Made by a program: the position numbers and the translations under genes. The notes beneath the pieces are model-generated. The model ran no database searches. It was not told the DNA's origin and saw nothing but the letters and a program-made list of their open reading frames with translations. From Lobosporangium transversale (taxonomy: Eukaryota): DNA of 64,000 bases. The stretch covers positions 310,001 to 374,000 of the forward strand of contig NW_019029019.1 of assembly GCF_002105155.1 (NCBI RefSeq), given 5' to 3'. Shown piece by piece: positions 51,723 to 64,000 of the stretch. Every line of letters begins with the position of its first letter. The first letter of the stretch is position 1.

Positions 51723-53744
51723 TCATTGGAATGCTGTGATAAAGTCATCGTCAACAAAATCCGCTAACTCCGAGTACCCTAACCAACTACCTGGTAACCT
51801 GATATCTGGATAATAATGTTGAAGCCATTTGATAGCTCTTTCGTCATCTGTATGAGGGCTTAAGCCCGCAATGGTGTGGAGTTGTGGCCAATGCTTGGTC
51901 ATCCATTGGACATCCACTAATCCGATCCGGGTCTCCAAATCTGACACGTCCAGTTCCTTGAGAGACTTCAAGCTGATAAGCCGATCCAATCCACTCTCGA
52001 CAGTCATTTCCAAACATTGAAGTTGATATCCACGATCGTGTTCCTCTGTATGATAGAAATTGTATGTCATAAAGGGATTATGTCCTAGCCACAATGCCTC
52101 TAGATTTACAAATCTTCCAAGACGCTCGTACACTTGACACTGGGGCTTCCTTCCACCAATACCACCATCATCCCCAGTATCAATGCCACTTCCATCTACA
52201 TGCTTTTCAGGGACTATAATGACTTCATCTTCTCTTAGCAGATCTGGCCTTGGTACACCTGTGATCATGAGCTTGAGGACCTTGAGGGTGTTCTCACATG
52301 CCCATGGAATTAATGTATTGGTTTTTGGGTCCAGATCAATAAATATATCCATGTCCATTTTACAAAGCACTACATCTGAATAGCCCTGTATCAGAACTGT
52401 ATCCAATGTATGCAATCTAGGACAATATGAGAGGATAGGTAAAAGACTGTTGCCGTCCAATCGATAATTGGCTGGTATGATCAATGTTTCCAAAGTTGCG
52501 AAATGACTAGTCAAGGACGAGAGCGAATCCCTTAAAAAAGAGATTGTGCCCGTAGCTACGATCGACTTCAAACCTTGAGGGGATCCAGTGATCAATTCTG
52601 AGATGTGATGATCGGTCAAAGTACTCCTGTAACCATCATTGCCTCCCAAGTGAAGCCGCTCGAGAGCAGGCATACAAGTCGGCATGGAGCTGACAAGTGT
52701 TTGAGCAACCAACTGATTGACCTCACCGATCTCTAAACACTCCACATAACGACATTGCTGCCATAACCATAGCCAAAACGGTCTGGATGCTAGATCACTA
52801 TGGCATCCATACAAGTTAATGGTCTTGATATTCAGTTCCGGTCCTGTGTGTTCAGCCTTTATTGCTGTTGTTGTTACTGCTGCTGCTGCTCTTGTTATTG
52901 ATAAGTCTTTATTATTCATCATCGGATTATTTTTCGAGCCAACGGCGATAAATCGAAGATTCAAGACCCTCAATTTGCTTGTACATCTTGTCAAAATATA
53001 TTTGAGTTTCCAAGGCTCTACAGTATTCTCGTGGGGCTTGGACGTGTCAGTTCTTAATACTCGAGCATGTGGGGCTAACATGCCATAGGTCTTTAAGGCG
53101 TCATCTGACATTAGATCATCAATAGATATGGAGAGCTGATCATGATGTTCAATCGCGTGGCATCGACTTAGAAAATGACGATACAGCTGTTGCGGTGTGG
53201 GTTTTTTTTCGATTTGTTGTTGTTGCTGTTGTAGTTCTTTCTCTTGTCCTTGTCCATATGGATTCGTTAGTGCTGTTTTTGAATCGGGCGACGGGGGTTG
53301 AAAGTATCGGAGGAAATCTGCGTGTTTAGGTATCTTTTTGATCATGGAGCCATATTTTGTCAATGGAGGTACGAAAAAGCTGTGAGAGAGTTCTTGTAGA
53401 TCATCATATTGCTCTTGTATATACAGGTCATGGTCTTGGTCTTGGTCTTGTTCTTGGTCTTGTTCTTGTTCTTGTTCTTGTTCTTGTTCTTGTTCTTGGT
53501 CTTGATATTGATATTGATCTTGTTTTAGTTGCCCTTGTCGCTGTTGAGCATAGAGATAATAATCGTTCAACACCAATCTACGAAAGGCCTGCCTGTTGAA
53601 TTCGCCCCAAACGGATCCAATATCATACCAAAGATAAGGGGCAACGATGCTGTGCCATCGTCTGCAGACACAGACACACTGAGCCATATCATGTCGATTC
53701 AGTTGTTGACACACGATATTGTCGAGTTCTGGAATGTTGAACAT
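51723..53744 (-). CDS. F-box / LRR (RNI-like) protein with a QE/QD low-complexity tract
   Basis: N-terminal IPEL..IV..L...D.AQC..VCRRWH F-box; C-terminal VYERLGRFVNLEALWLG...LEMTVESGLDRL..LK.LKEL...W...HWPQL. Confidence 0.85.
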   Translation of the reverse strand: MFNIPELDNIVCQQLNRHDMAQCVCVCRRWHSIVAPYLWYDIGSVWGEFNRQAFRRLVLNDYYLYAQQRQGQLKQDQYQYQDQEQEQEQEQEQEQDQEQDQDQDHDLYIQEQYDDLQELSHSFFVPPLTKYGSMIKKIPKHADFLRYFQPPSPDSKTALTNPYGQGQEKELQQQQQQIEKKPTPQQLYRHFLSRCHAIEHHDQLSISIDDLMSDDALKTYGMLAPHARVLRTDTSKPHENTVEPWKLKYILTRCTSKLRVLNLRFIAVGSKNNPMMNNKDLSITRAAAAVTTTAIKAEHTGPELNIKTINLYGCHSDLASRPFWLWLWQQCRYVECLEIGEVNQLVAQTLVSSMPTCMPALERLHLGGNDGYRSTLTDHHISELITGSPQGLKSIVATGTISFLRDSLSSLTSHFATLETLIIPANYRLDGNSLLPILSYCPRLHTLDTVLIQGYSDVVLCKMDMDIFIDLDPKTNTLIPWACENTLKVLKLMITGVPRPDLLREDEVIIVPEKHVDGSGIDTGDDGGIGGRKPQCQVYERLGRFVNLEALWLGHNPFMTYNFYHTEEHDRGYQLQCLEMTVESGLDRLISLKSLKELDVSDLETRIGLVDVQWMTKHWPQLHTIAGLSPHTDDERAIKWLQHYYPDIRLPGSWLGYSELADFVDDDFITAFQ

Positions 53745-55851
53745 GTCTGCAACTTTTTCAGATGGAAAGAAGCAAATGAGAATGAGAATGAAAAGATGAA
53801 ATGCATCATCAATAAAAAATAAGAAAGAAGTTGTTCAAATCTAATTCTTGTGCTACATGAGATTCCACAATCAATCTGATTTTGTCGTTGCGCATGCACA
53901 TGGATATTTTAGATCTTCCCCGAGGCAAAAGAAAAAAGAAAAAAGAAAAAAAAAAAAAAGCTCTCTTTTTGCCTCGACATTCTGACTTGCTTGCTCAGCC
54001 CCATGTCTTTCCCTAGAATGTACAAGCATAAAAAGCGGAATAGATAGTAGGCTGATCACAAAAAGTATAGCCCTTTGCGGATGTTTGATTGATGTCCAAT
54101 GGGGCGTTAACACATGTCAAATGAAAACTGACAGGTGGCTTTAATCGATGCTAGACCAACTTTTGTGCTTGATTACTGCCTACTGTACGCCGCATCAATT
54201 GCTTAACCAACAAAGTGTCTTTCTTCATCTAAACCATTCAGCTTTCATACCCCCCCCCCCCCACTGTACTTTCTATCGTTCTCATCATCCTCATACTATG
54301 CGCACTTTAGACTCAATTAAAGAATGCGCCCGAGTCATCGGTACATGGATATGATTCACATGCAAAGAGAGCACTAACAAATGCACTATAAAAAAAAAAG
54401 ACAAAAGTTGGTGACACAACCAGTGGCTATTCCAAAGGAGAGGCTGATTCGGACTCGGGCAGAATCCCCAGGTCAAACTTAATGCTAAAAAGAGAGAGCA
54501 GCTGTGGTCAATGCAGAGACAAGGAATAGCAACATCCGGGAAATCCTTTGCCCATGTCTTTTTGTTCTTTTTTTTTTTTTTTTTTTTTTGTTTAATATCT
54601 TAACGGGTACAAAGCTTGTTAAGCTGTTTAAATACTTTTCTTTTTTTTTTTGTACATTCATCCCTCATTTTTCTTGTTATCCCTTACAAGCTGTGTACTA
54701 TTTTTATTATCTATCATCTGAGGCCTAAGGATCGCCATAACAACTATCCATACTCTCGTTGGGCCCCTTCCCTGCTCCTTGTTCGTCTGGTGAGTGGTCT
54801 GGGAGTTATCTCCTTCCACTCACCTCTCGAGGATGTAGTTGTCCTGATTGTGTTTATAAACCCAGCGTCTGTTAGCAAATCCAAAGGTCTTACTCCTTTT
54901 TCTCTCTTTCTCTAATCTTGGCAACCTTACTCATAACGGCCCAATAATCCCTCACTTTGTCACAGCTTTCCCTGTCTCTCGATTTTTTCTACCTCAACCT
55001 CTTTGCTTTCATGCTTCATGAACCCATCAGACCCTGGCCGGTAGGATAATTGAGCTGCTTGTACGACGACGCAAGACGGGCGAGGAAGAAAGGGATCACA
55101 GGTTAAGTTACGGGTAATACTATGGCGAACCCATTATTTGGAGTTGGACAATGGCCCCCAAGCGGCCTTGATCTTCTTCTCTTGCACTGTGGAGCAGAAA
55201 AAATATATACTATCTTATTAACAATGCCATTATAGAGACGAGTGGCTACAGAGAGAAAAGATTTAAAAGAAAAAAAAAAAAAAAAAAACCTCACTAGTCT
55301 ATTTACATCGCATTCAATATTCCTGCTAGTCATCTTGTCAGCCATAGCATAGTAGCATAGCATAGAAATAAAGTATATTTAGAAAGCTGCAAAGGAGAGG
55401 AAGGGAAAAAAGTGAAGAATTTACAGCGAAAATGACCATGATGAATGACCATGTGAGTAAATGCCTCTACTTTTAATGTCGATGGTCTGCTCCCCCTTCC
55501 CCTTCTGTGGTTTGAGGACTTTGGGATTCAGGCGGATATTACCATGTAGTTGGGGGGATAGAAAGCTGCTGTTCTAGGAGGCCAATGGTGAGGATGAAGA
55601 GCGAGGAAAGTTAAGCAGAATTATGGTCTTTTTATATTCGATTTCGCATTCTCCATTCCACAAGGAAACCACGTCTTGGTGTGCAATGTTGTGATAATTT
55701 GTCAAGAAAATGAGCGCTGTGTGGTATTCAGAAGCAAAAGTGGAGGAGCAATATATGCAAATATAAATAAGATGATCGGGTGAACATGATAGGAAATAAA
55801 GAAAAGCAGATCAAAGAGATGATTGATTTAAAGCAGACGCGTCTTCCTTTC

Positions 55852-56010
55852 AAAAATAAAAATAAAAATAAAAATATAAATAAAAATAAAAATATAAATA
55901 AAAATAAAAATAAAAATATAAATAAAAATAAAAATAAAAATAAAAATAAAAATAAAAATAAAAATATAAATAAAAATAAAAATAAAAATAAAATAAAATA
56001 AAATAAAAAA
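55852..56010. repeat. (AAAAAT/AAATAT)n AT-rich simple repeat
   Basis: Directly visible. Confidence 0.95.
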
Positions 56011-56131
56011 AAGTTTCATTAGATGATATGGGATCTATGACAAGTCAAAATGAAGGTCCAGTGTCGACCAAGAGATTTGTAGTGTATTAAATAAGACTCT
56101 GTTTTTATTAATTCTAAAAAATCGTAATGCT

Positions 56132-56581
56132 CTACTTGGGGACAGCTGGGACCTTTCCACAGTCATAGTACACTCTGCTGACTCCAGGCAATGAACGGTT
56201 GGTTCTCTTGACAGCATTGCCATCACAGCCCATTCCTCCCAAGCCACCGTTGCCTCCACTGCCACCGCAGCCATTAGCGTAGACACTCATGCCCTTTGCA
56301 TCCTTGCTTCCAAAGAAGCCCCACTCATAGATCTGGTCCCTCTTGCCTTCACTGAACTGGACAGGGCCTCCAATCTCGAATCCTCCAGTCGACGATCCAT
56401 CGTTGTGGTAGATTGTAATAAAGTGGCAGGGCTGGTAGCTGCAGTTTCCTTGAGGAGTACAGAAGACTGGGTGGCAGTTGTTGTTGGTCATCGCGCGGAT
56501 ACCGACAGCAGGCTTGCAGAGAGCATGGGCAGAAGCAGCGAGTCCGAGCAAGGCAAGGGTCAAAACTTGAATGGAAGGCAT
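56132..56581 (-). CDS. Small secreted cysteine-rich protein (149 aa, 8 Cys)
   Basis: Signal peptide MPSIQVLTLALLGLAASAHA; 8 Cys; Gly-rich loop; TATAAAA about 90 bp upstream on the minus strand. Confidence 0.8.
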   Translation of the reverse strand: MPSIQVLTLALLGLAASAHALCKPAVGIRAMTNNNCHPVFCTPQGNCSYQPCHFITIYHNDGSSTGGFEIGGPVQFSEGKRDQIYEWGFFGSKDAKGMSVYANGCGGSGGNGGLGGMGCDGNAVKRTNRSLPGVSRVYYDCGKVPAVPK

Positions 56582-56674
56582 GATGGTAGTTGTAGTTGTT
56601 CAGAGAAGTTGTGGAATGCTTTGTTTGATGTTGTTGATAATGAGAAAAACGAACGACAATGGTTGCCTTTTATA

Positions 56675-56710
<36 letters not shown>

Positions 56711-57416
56711 GCTTCCCACGAATATCCATCCTTCAAAGCAGCCTGGAGTTCATAAATAACATGTGCTATGTTGTTTCCTATCAAGAGTTTGCTGTAAAGC
56801 TCTTTTTTGCCATCAAGGAGCATGAGACAAATATTCATTGTTCAGGGTCAAGAACAAGGATGAGGCGCAACTTACATAAATTTTAATTAAGCTCTATATG
56901 TGAGAAAAGAGGGTCTAAGGGTTCAAAAGTTCTAGGCGCATCCGCTCTGAAGAAGCTTCAAGTACATGTAGATGGATAAAGTTCGTAAAAGTGTACAGTA
57001 TATATTATACATGTATATAGGGTAAATATATAGCAGCTGGATACATCCATGTTGTGTTTGGAGTTCAATTTCGCATAGAGACGAATGAGGCGCAACGGCA
57101 AGCTATGGATACATGTGGATATATACCGTACAATGATTCATAACCTATCGGAGTCAATCGTGGCACCGGAGGGGCTACATCTTTTCGAAATTTCCCAGTC
57201 CTACCTTTTTACATGAAGATGTCCATTGTGCCTGAATTATAACTTTATTCGTCGACCAATCACACTGAACAGTTTGATGTGGCAGTGAAATTACCATGTG
57301 TGTGGCTTAGATTAGACAAGTATCCCACGCTTACTCGCACTTTTCTAGTTTATTATTATTGTTGTAATTGTAGGCTTCTACGTTTTTTTTCTTTTTTTCT
57401 TTTTTCCCTACCCTTC

Positions 57417-60400
57417 TTATCCTTGCAATTGTGCTTTGAGTTGATTAACTTCGGCCTCCAGCTTCTCTCGACTCTCACGCTCGTCTGAAAGCTCCTTCTT
57501 AACTCGATCTAGCTCTTCTGTCATCCATCGTCGCAGTTTGGCAATCTCGAGTTCCAGTACTGCATTGTTGCCACCCGTTGTAGGAACACCCTGGAACTGA
57601 CCGAATCTTGAGCTGAGTGATTTGACACCGCCAGCTGGTGGTGGGGCCCCCGCAGGTGATCCCGTTGCAGGTGTGGAGCCAGCAGAATCCGTCGCTGCCG
57701 ATGAACTTGCTGATCCAACACTACCCTGAGGGGACTCGTTTCCTGATCCTACGCGGCGACCCGTTGGTCGTAGAGCAACAGAGGATGGTTGTGCTCCTGC
57801 AAATGGGGTAGGAAACTTTTGGAAAATAGGTTTAACAGGCTTGGGTGGAGGTGGAGGCGCTGTCTTCTCTGAAACAGGTGTAGGTGTAGGCTCTGGTTTT
57901 ACTTCTTCAGGGATGGGCGCCTACGTTAACATGTACAAATAAAGTCAGGTCATCCATATACAGTCAGAAAGAAGAATAATCTAAATGCGTTATCTTTTCT
58001 ATAACTTACAGCCTTGACTTCAGCCTCCAACTGTGCGACAAAGCTAGCCTCAGGATTGGGTACAGGTGCTGAGGGAAGTTTACGGCCCTTGGCTGGACGT
58101 GGCCTTGAAGCATGGCTCAAAGCTGGCCCCGAATTCTCAATTTCAGGGAGCTTGGGTTTCTCAACCACAGGCTCCTTTGCTTGTTCTTCAACAACCTGAT
58201 CCTCGCTATCCTCTACTGCATGACGCTCCTTGTTGGTATCGACATCCGGTGTTACTGCAGCGGGTACATCAGTATGAGATGCAGCATCTACAGAAGACGG
58301 TGCATCTGGGGTATGATGCCCTTCAGAATTCTGCTCGGCGACCTCTGTAGCTGACTCCTTTTGGAGTTTATCATGAGCAACGTCCATTTCCGGTTCCTGT
58401 GACTCTGCGCGAATAGTCTCTGGCGACTCAACGTGTACATGTCGCTCCTCCTGATGAGGCTCTACCTCCGGCACTGATTCCTTAGTTGACTCGTGTTCCT
58501 CCTTTTCCTCCTTTTCCTCCTTAGGAACCGCAGGGACTTCTTGCTCTTCTTTTTCCTCTTCAAGAATCGCATGCACTTCATGAGCCTGAGCGAACACTTC
58601 TTCTGGCTCGCTAGGAACAGGAGGCAATGTTGCAGAGTGTGGAAGCACAACTGACTTCCTTTTCTCACCCGCTTGGTGAATTGAAGGCGGTCTTGCTAAA
58701 GGAGGCAGAGACCTGTTTCGCGCCACAGGTGTTGGTAAAATATACGAATTTTGGTTCGATTGAGTGCTAGTAGGGCTAGTGGGCTCAGCATCTTCTTGTG
58801 ACTGAGGCTCATGATGAATTGCCTTTGTTTCTGCCTCAGGTGCCTCAGGAATGGGCTTATGAGGTCGCGGTGCGGTATTGGGTCGAGAATTACCTTGACC
58901 AACACCAGTAGCGCTGACAGCTGCAGCCGTGGGAGACAATGGTTCAGGATTAAGGGCCAAAGGCGCGGAGACTAAGCGTGGTGATACTGGATAATCACGG
59001 CTGCTGGAACGAGACGCCAAAGATGCTCTTCTTGGTGGGGGAGAAGAGGGCAATGGTGGTCCATCGTTCGATAGTGTTGACGAGGCTCCAGGCGATGCAA
59101 TCATAGAAGGAGGTCGTGAAGCACGGGCAACAGGTGGTGGTGTCACTGTGGGCACTTCAGTCCTTGCATGCCCAGATTCTGAAGGGATTGGAGGCAATGC
59201 GACAGGAGCATGAAGGGGTGGACGAGAGTGCACCGGTGACTTTGGTGGCTCTTCATGGTGAACAGTGGCTGTTGGCTCAGGGAGAGTGCTGACAGGGACT
59301 GGAGCTGGGGCGGGAGCTGGAGTTGGGGATATGGGTATGGCGGTAGAGGGCTGGGCTGGTTCTTCCTTGATCTCCTGAACAAAATCCGATGGAAAGTTGC
59401 CACTTTCACCTTGCTCATTCCTGCCACACCACCAGCCTTCGTCTCCCATCTTGTCCGTCACCACTACTGTTGATCCCTTGATCAACGAAATCTCGTCTAA
59501 GTGCAAGGGGTAAGAGAAAATACAAGGTGAATGTAGCTTCAATTAACAATCGAGATTCTTCTTCTGCGTGTGCGATATTTTCTAGTTATTGCCTGTTAAA
59601 TAAATAATATCCTGTTTCAATGATCTCGTACCATCTTCTTGTGCGGTGTATTCATACATAACGAGCGCCTTAATTTGCTTGGCTAAACAAGTCAAAGTAA
59701 ATTAAGTATCAGTCCATCAACCCTTTTTATCGGTTTCCTCATTCCTATATCATTGTCATGCAACGTACCTTTGGGCTTTTTGGCTCGGCTAGGGATACGT
59801 GGCTCGGGGGAAGCAGCAACTTCCTCGACTGGATGAACTGGGGGACCTAGAGGAGCCGAAGGAGCTGGAACTGGAGGGGCTGGAGGAGTAGCACGTATAG
59901 GATTATTGATCAGCGGTGCAAGCACCTCCTCTGCGACTGGTGGGATAAGTTTTGCAGCTGAAGCGTTACGAGCGCTAAAGCCTGGAGAGCGTGGCTCATC
60001 CACTGAAGTCCGTCTGGATGTGCTGCCTGTTCCGGCACCTACACCATGAACAGGGACCGAAGTTGGGGCATGAGCAGGGACATGAGCAGGAGCAGGAGCA
60101 TGAGCAGGAGCATGAGCAGGAGCATGAGCAGGAGCATGAGCAGGAGCATGAGCAGGAGCATGAGCAGGAGCATGAGCAGGAGCATGAGCAGGAGCATGAG
60201 CAGGAGCATGAGCAGGAGCATGAGCAGGAGCATGAGCAGGAGCAGGAACAAGGACAGGGGCAGCCTCAGCTCCAGTAGGATTACCTGGCTCAATGCCACC
60301 CAGCTTTTTCAAATTCCCCGTCTTTTTCAATCCCGGGATGACGCCTCCTGCAAAAAGAGAACCAAGTCCTCCTTGCTTGACGCCGAATGCAGCCAGTTTG

Positions 60401-61585
60401 AATTTTGTCGGTTTATCGCTATCGCCATCCTCTTTGTTTTCGATGAGTTTGACGTACTGTTTTTGTTTTTGTTTTTGTATAGAATCACTACATTAGTTAG
60501 GATACCATGAAGTATTTTCCTTGTCGTACGGAATAATAAAAATAACCGTCAATAATTTCAAATTATCCTGCATAAACCTTACATTGCTTGGGAAAACACC
60601 AATCCTGCCGTTCAGATCACCCTTCCACCATGCAGGATCACTCGAATCAAGAATGGTGACCACGCGGCCCGTCTCCAACGACAGTTCCCCAGACTCCTTT
60701 GCTTCGTAGTCATATTCCACGCGTGCAAGGACAGGTCCTGTGATCCATTATGATCGGGTGGAAAGGGGTTGGGAAGAAGGTTTAAGAGAAAGTTAAAAAA
60801 AGAACAGACGACGGTTAACGCTCTCTGCGCTGCTCATTCTTTTGTTTGGCTCAGGAACAATCATGTCATACATAATATATTCAATGTCATATTACATTAC
60901 CTTCATTTTTAGGTGCTGCTGGTGCTTCCTCTGAGGCAGTAGGATCCTGTGTCTGCGCAGGTGCAGGTGCAGGTGCAGGTGCAGGTGCAGGTGCAGGTGC
61001 GGTTTCGGGTGCGGTTTCTTCCGAAGCTGCAGGAACTGAAGCAACTGGAACCGGAGCTGAGGCTGAGGTTGGGGCTGGGGCTGAAACCTCCTCCTCGTAG
61101 GGCTCTACAAACTGTAATGATCATGTAACGAAAAAAAAAAAAAAAAAAAAAAAAAAACGCATTAAGTTCAAATATTCTTTTTTTTTTTATAAAATGATCT
61201 TCCACCACATGAATTTAATGTAAAAACGCGTCTGTAATCCTTACATTAGATGGAAACCAGCCAGCGCTGCCATCTTTTTCTTTCTCGCCCACCCACCATC
61301 CTTCATCCGTTTGGTCCGAAACGACAACAATGTCTCCAACCTCAAGGGTCAATTCATCGTCTTTTTCGGCGCCATAAGAATGATGCGCAATGTAACGTGG
61401 AGCAGCTGTGTCGTCATTTCATCCAGCAGTACATTGTTCCAGGAATTAGTCATAAAACAGAATGGGAATAATTAATAACGAGTTAGAAATACACGATTTT
61501 CCCTTTACATGTTCTCTCTTTTTTCTCTTTCTCTTTTTTTTTTATATTCTAATAATTCTGTTGCCGGGTGGGGTTATTTACGCAT
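57417..61585 (-). CDS. Multi-exon CD2AP/CIN85(SH3KBP1)-like adaptor: 3 SH3 domains, Pro-rich region, CPI-like motif, C-terminal coiled coil
   Basis: ATGC|GTAAAT micro-exon at 61585. SH3-1 at 61245-61405 (DELTLEVGD..GWW..GWFPSN), SH3-2 at ~60583-60738, SH3-3 at ~59380-59680 (intron-split). LSHASRPRPAKGRKLP at ~58075-58120. Ends EKLEAEVNQLKAQLQG*. Confidence 0.85.
60069..60246 (-). repeat. 12-bp coding tandem repeat (APAH)n within the SH3 gene
   Basis: (catgagcaggag)n directly visible. Confidence 0.95.
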
Positions 61586-61856
61586 GCTATAGTCTTGATT
61601 CTACCGTGGCCTTATTGTGGAAAAAAGATGGTGATGAAAGAGGAAAACCGTTTACAGGACTGTGTTCGTGGGTGTGGATGTGAACGTGAACGTGAATGCG
61701 TGTGCCTTTTATAATAATAAATAAAAAAACGATTAGGTATAGGATAAAGATGGCAGATAATTCATTAAGGGAGAAAAGATGTTCTTGAACCTGAAATTCC
61801 CCCACACTTTGCTCAAAAACTCAGCCCAAAAGATGTCACATGATCCCGTCTCCAGA

Positions 61857-63471
61857 TCATTTCTTTTGGTAGGGCTTTTTGCCTTTGTTGGGATGCTGGC
61901 CTTTTGGATTGCCTTTATGTTTTCCTCCTTCACTTGAACTAGCTACTGGCGTCGGTGGCTTCCATTTCTTGACCTTGTCCAACACACGTTGCACTATATC
62001 CCGTTCATCCGATCGTACAATAACGGCATTCCGCTTGTTTAAAGAGAGAGAAGAGTCATTAGGTCTTTTGAGCAAAGCCCTGTCATCCTGTATTGCGAAG
62101 GTATTTAGAAAATGTAGAATTTAGTAAGTATGCCGATTACACTTGGCTTGGCACTCCTAAGATACATGGTGTTTGTTCTCACAATTGAGATCTACCTTTG
62201 CTGTTGACGGATAAGTAGCCAGCTTGGATTCCAATAACTCTCTTAAACCCTTTTGCACTTCCACGGTGAGTTTTGTATTAGGAATCTTTTTGTTCTTCAC
62301 CACTGTTTCTTTGAATTCGTCCAATGGCATCATCAGGATCTTGGCGCATCCAATTAATTCTTCGGGAATTTCGCCATCTGCCTCTAAAATAAAGTACCTA
62401 AGTACGAGAAGAAAGCGATAGGTAATGAGCATAAAGAAAATTGAATTCAGTCCATTCATAGGATATAACAAAGAAAATACAAAAAAAAAAATAAAAAAAG
62501 CGCAATCCCTTACTCTTCCAACCCATCATACTCCAACAGCCACTCTACTTTCTCATCCTTTCCAGCCTCATCCTGCTGTGTAAATTTGTTTATAACTAAT
62601 TCACCACTAATCTCGGCAATGTTGTGTGGGTTGGGCACATCCACGAAGCCATACTTGCGTAATAGATCCGCATTACAGAGCTCGCCATAAGTATTATAGA
62701 TTTGTTGACCAGCTTGAATATTCGCGATGGCTACCATTCTCAAACATTCTTTTTCATGGAACAGTCGAGCGTTGTTGTGGCCGGTTTTGTGGTTTAACAT
62801 ATCTGCCATTGGAACCATGGATACGTTGATCTTCTCTTCATCTTCGTCATCATCATCCATTTCTTCATCCATATCTCCGCCTTCCTCTTTATCTGTGGAA
62901 GGGGCAGTATCGTGAAAAGCATACGCCATGATCAATGAGCCCATACGATGAAAAATTTGAATAAAAGTCGAGATTGCATTATCTTTCTTCGGATCCAAGT
63001 CCGGCTCACTGTTGTTTCCTGGGGAAGAGGTGAAGAGAGCACCGTTATCACTTATAACGGGCCAAAGTTTCTCGTGGAAGGCAGCTTCTGCCTCTTGTTT
63101 TCCAATTTTGTCTATAGCTCCAGTCCCTTTCAATTCCAACAGCTCTTCTTCACTCCAGAACATTGGCGTAGAAAATTCAGTAGGAAGAATATCTAATACC
63201 AAATGAATCAAAATTGGACCAAAGTTGTTTTTGTTAATATTTCAAAGAAAAAGAAAAAAAAAATGGATTAAATCATTTAGATATATTACCAAAGTATGGC
63301 TTCCAAAGTGAGTCTGATCCACGGCAATACTCATAGATCATGCACAGCATCAAGGGATTCCAGCCTTCCATACTCGACAGATCAATCTTTTTTGAAAGTT
63401 CAGAGGTTAATGGAGAGAGAAGTAGATGCCGTGGAATTGAAAAGAGCTCCTCATTTTTCTGTCAAGAAGTG

Positions 63472-63502
<31 letters not shown>

Positions 63503-63721
63503 TATTGTTATTGACGTTGCAATGAATAGTCATGTCCCGGATAAATAAAAATAAAAAATTTTAATACTATCTCACCCTACTTTAATATCAGAAGAAGCGA
63601 TTACACCACGACCAGCACCCTCTTCAGAGTAGTCCTGTAATGCTATGGAGGCAGAGACTTTGGCTCCATTGTCGTGGAGCCATGTGAGGAATGCAGCGTT
63701 GACTTGATCGAATGCAACCAT
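61857..63721 (-). CDS. Multi-exon SET-domain lysine methyltransferase, SETD6/Rkm4-like
   Basis: FLTWL..NG, GAGRGVIA, SLWKPY, PMFWSEEEL..LKGT, MVPMADMLNH, QIYNTYGE and LLRKYGF; GT-AG introns. Confidence 0.85.
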
Positions 63722-64000
63722 GATGGCGAATGCGAAGAAAAAAAAAAAAAAAAAAAAAGAAAGCTTTTAACTACAACAAGCCACATCCGGACACATGGAA
63801 ACCGATCAAGGTTCAGGTCCAGAATTTGATTTATGCCTGCATTTCATCACTCAGGGTAAGCAAAATATTTGGCTTCCAATACATTCGAGTTTATTCAAAA
63901 AAACATATGGACTACTGACTAAACGGGGTGGGGAGCTACAATGTCAAAGTAAGTTCGATTTGACAAATTGATAGTTCAGGTACGCATTATGGTTTGGTTC

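Noticed and set aside
55780..56019. KNKN / FIFI ORFs, or a telomere-like repeat
   Set aside because: Translations of an AT-only microsatellite; no G-rich telomeric unit.
56960..57135. Cluster of short TACATG/GATAC palindromic words
   Set aside because: Short and AT-rich; I could not define terminal repeats or a stable hairpin.
57950..60720. Separate 530-aa, 212-aa and 75-aa ORFs as independent genes
   Set aside because: They are exons of one spliced SH3 gene, with GT-AG boundaries splitting the SH3 domains.
1..64000. tRNA/rRNA genes
   Set aside because: None recognised by eye; a covariance-model scan would be needed to exclude them.

Overview
Eukaryotic genomic DNA with GT-AG introns and long poly(A/T) tracts. 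The gene families suggest an early-diverging fungus, probably Mortierellaceae (inference). The first ~51 kb is a co-oriented accessory island built from three repeated gene types. (i) Four tandem genes encoding a UPF1/Sen1-like SF1B helicase fused to a UvrD-like SF1A helicase and a helical/TPR-like tail (TRANK1-like architecture); three are complete at ~1,900 aa and the first is cut by the window edge. (ii) Three zf-3CxxC (RTP-family-like) zinc-finger genes. (iii) Two intact DUF4238 genes plus one pseudogene. Shared non-coding flanks indicate these derive from one ancestral DUF4238-3CxxC-helicase module that has been duplicated, deleted and recombined. Relatives of all three families act in antiviral defence (animal interferon-stimulated genes; a bacterial anti-phage system), so the region is a candidate fungal innate-immunity island. 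An apparently intact 4.2-kb DIRS1-type tyrosine-recombinase retrotransposon sits in the array, with ITRs, an ICR and a candidate -1 frameshift site. Relics of RecQ-like, DUF3712-like and header-domain genes are interspersed. The last ~13 kb is ordinary: an F-box/LRR gene, a small secreted Cys-rich protein, a CD2AP/CIN85-like triple-SH3 gene and a SETD6/Rkm4-like methyltransferase. All family assignments come from reading motifs by eye, not from database searches.
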